Source: an uncultured Clostridia bacterium (GTDB lineage Bacteria; Bacillota; Clostridia; Christensenellales; Borkfalkiaceae). From it: a stretch of 64,000 bases of DNA. Below the pieces are notes generated by a model. The model did no database searches, was not told where the DNA came from, and was given only the letters and a program-made list of their open reading frames with translations. The first letter of the stretch is position 1; each line of letters begins with the position of its first letter. This document shows positions 63,347 through 64,000 of the stretch, piece by piece. The stretch is from positions 2,758-66,757 of the forward strand of contig CAMUBY010000007.1 in NCBI GenBank assembly GCA_947087265.1, in the 5' to 3' direction. A program made the translations under genes and the position numbers.

Positions 63347-64000
63347 ATGGCATACAACGACAGAAGCAACAAAATCGTCAAATATCTGAAAGAAAACCAT
63401 AAAGCCACGGTAGAGGAACTTGCCGCATATTTTTACGTAAGCGAAGCAACCATCCGCCGCGATTTAACGGAACTCAACAAATTAGGGCAAGTGAAACGAA
63501 CGCACGGCGGCGCGGTATTCACAGACGATACGGACGAAATTTCCATTTTTGTCCGTAAAACCAAAAACGCGAAGGAAAAGGAACAGACCGCCTTTATTGC
63601 TTTGAAGCATCTTACCGCCCTCGACTTTCATACGGTATTTTTTGACAACTCTTCGACAAGTTTAGCGCTTGCCGAACGCATGGACCTTGCGCACAAGACG
63701 GTAGTAACGAACGGCTTGCAGATTGCCATGAGCGTATTCAAGCAGGACAGCGTAAACCCGATTATCCCCGGCGGCGAACTTTTGTACAATACTTCCGCCG
63801 TTTTGGGCAGCCTGACGACTTCTATGATTAACAGTTTCAATTTCGACCTTTCGATTACTTCCTGTTCCGCGATTGACGCAGGCGGCACATACGAGTTATC
63901 GCTCGAATCCATGCAGATTAAAAAGACCGCATTTGCGCGCAGCAAAAAACGCGTTCTGCTTGCGGACAGCACCAAACTTAGCACGAATGCCGCCTTCAAA
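63347..64000 (+). CDS. DeoR-family transcriptional regulator (3' end outside the window)
   Basis: Read by hand in frame 2; it is not in the ORF track because it runs off the window. It reads MAYNDRSNKIVKYLKENHKATVEELAAYFYVSEATIRRDLTELNKLGQVKRTHGGA (DeoR HTH), followed by the sugar-binding-like domain FFDNSSTSLAL...IPGG. Confidence 0.85.
   Translation, partial: MAYNDRSNKIVKYLKENHKATVEELAAYFYVSEATIRRDLTELNKLGQVKRTHGGAVFTDDTDEISIFVRKTKNAKEKEQTAFIALKHLTALDFHTVFFDNSSTSLALAERMDLAHKTVVTNGLQIAMSVFKQDSVNPIIPGGELLYNTSAVLGSLTTSMINSFNFDLSITSCSAIDAGGTYELSLESMQIKKTAFARSKKRVLLADSTKLSTNAAFK

Noticed and set aside
1-64000. I looked for rRNA, tRNA, CRISPR arrays, IS elements and transposase genes
   Set aside because: No intergenic region is long enough or structured like a tRNA or rRNA. 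There are no regularly spaced direct repeats. The only recombinase-type gene is the serine recombinase at 42646..44124.

Overview
This 64-kb chromosomal window looks like it comes from a Firmicutes/Clostridia-type endospore former. Spot counts give roughly 55% GC in core genes, and almost every gene is on the minus strand. Most of it is ordinary, syntenic housekeeping. This includes rarA, ylbJ, pheA plus a DAHP synthase, coaD, rsmD and alr. It also includes the dgt-dnaG-rpoD-trmK-nif3 cluster and an aroC-aroB-aroE-aroQ-aroK shikimate cluster. Further along are efp, the rimP-nusA-ylxR-ylxQ-infB-rbfA-nrnA-truB-ribF block, a heterodimeric ABC exporter and tex. A seven-gene MoxR/DUF58/vWA/lipoprotein envelope operon (48.4-60.1 kb) is also present. 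The standout is at 38.2-48.3 kb. A SigG-type sporulation sigma factor gene is cut cleanly in two between codons ...STYAVP and MILGEIKRF... by a ~9.25-kb element (about 38720..47970). The element carries a large serine recombinase and has 15-bp perfect terminal inverted repeats. Its junctions share only a GG/CC dinucleotide, and its half-sites have attP-long/attB-short geometry. Conceptual excision restores an uninterrupted 256-aa SigG. This resembles skin/SPbeta-type sporulation intervening elements, but the host gene is forespore-specific (germline), which the mother-cell paradigm does not explain. The first element gene has a ribosome-binding site but no room for its own promoter, and it sits about 20 nt behind the truncated sigG 5' half, so it should be driven by the sigG promoter. 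Cargo includes a TIR-NB-ARC-TPR (STAND) protein and a split HipA-like kinase with an HTH partner. It also includes an AT-rich module (XRE regulator, ECF sigma, secreted papain-like peptidase, membrane protein) and an unannotated Cys-rich acidic 55-aa ORF. I found no rRNA, tRNA or CRISPR array.
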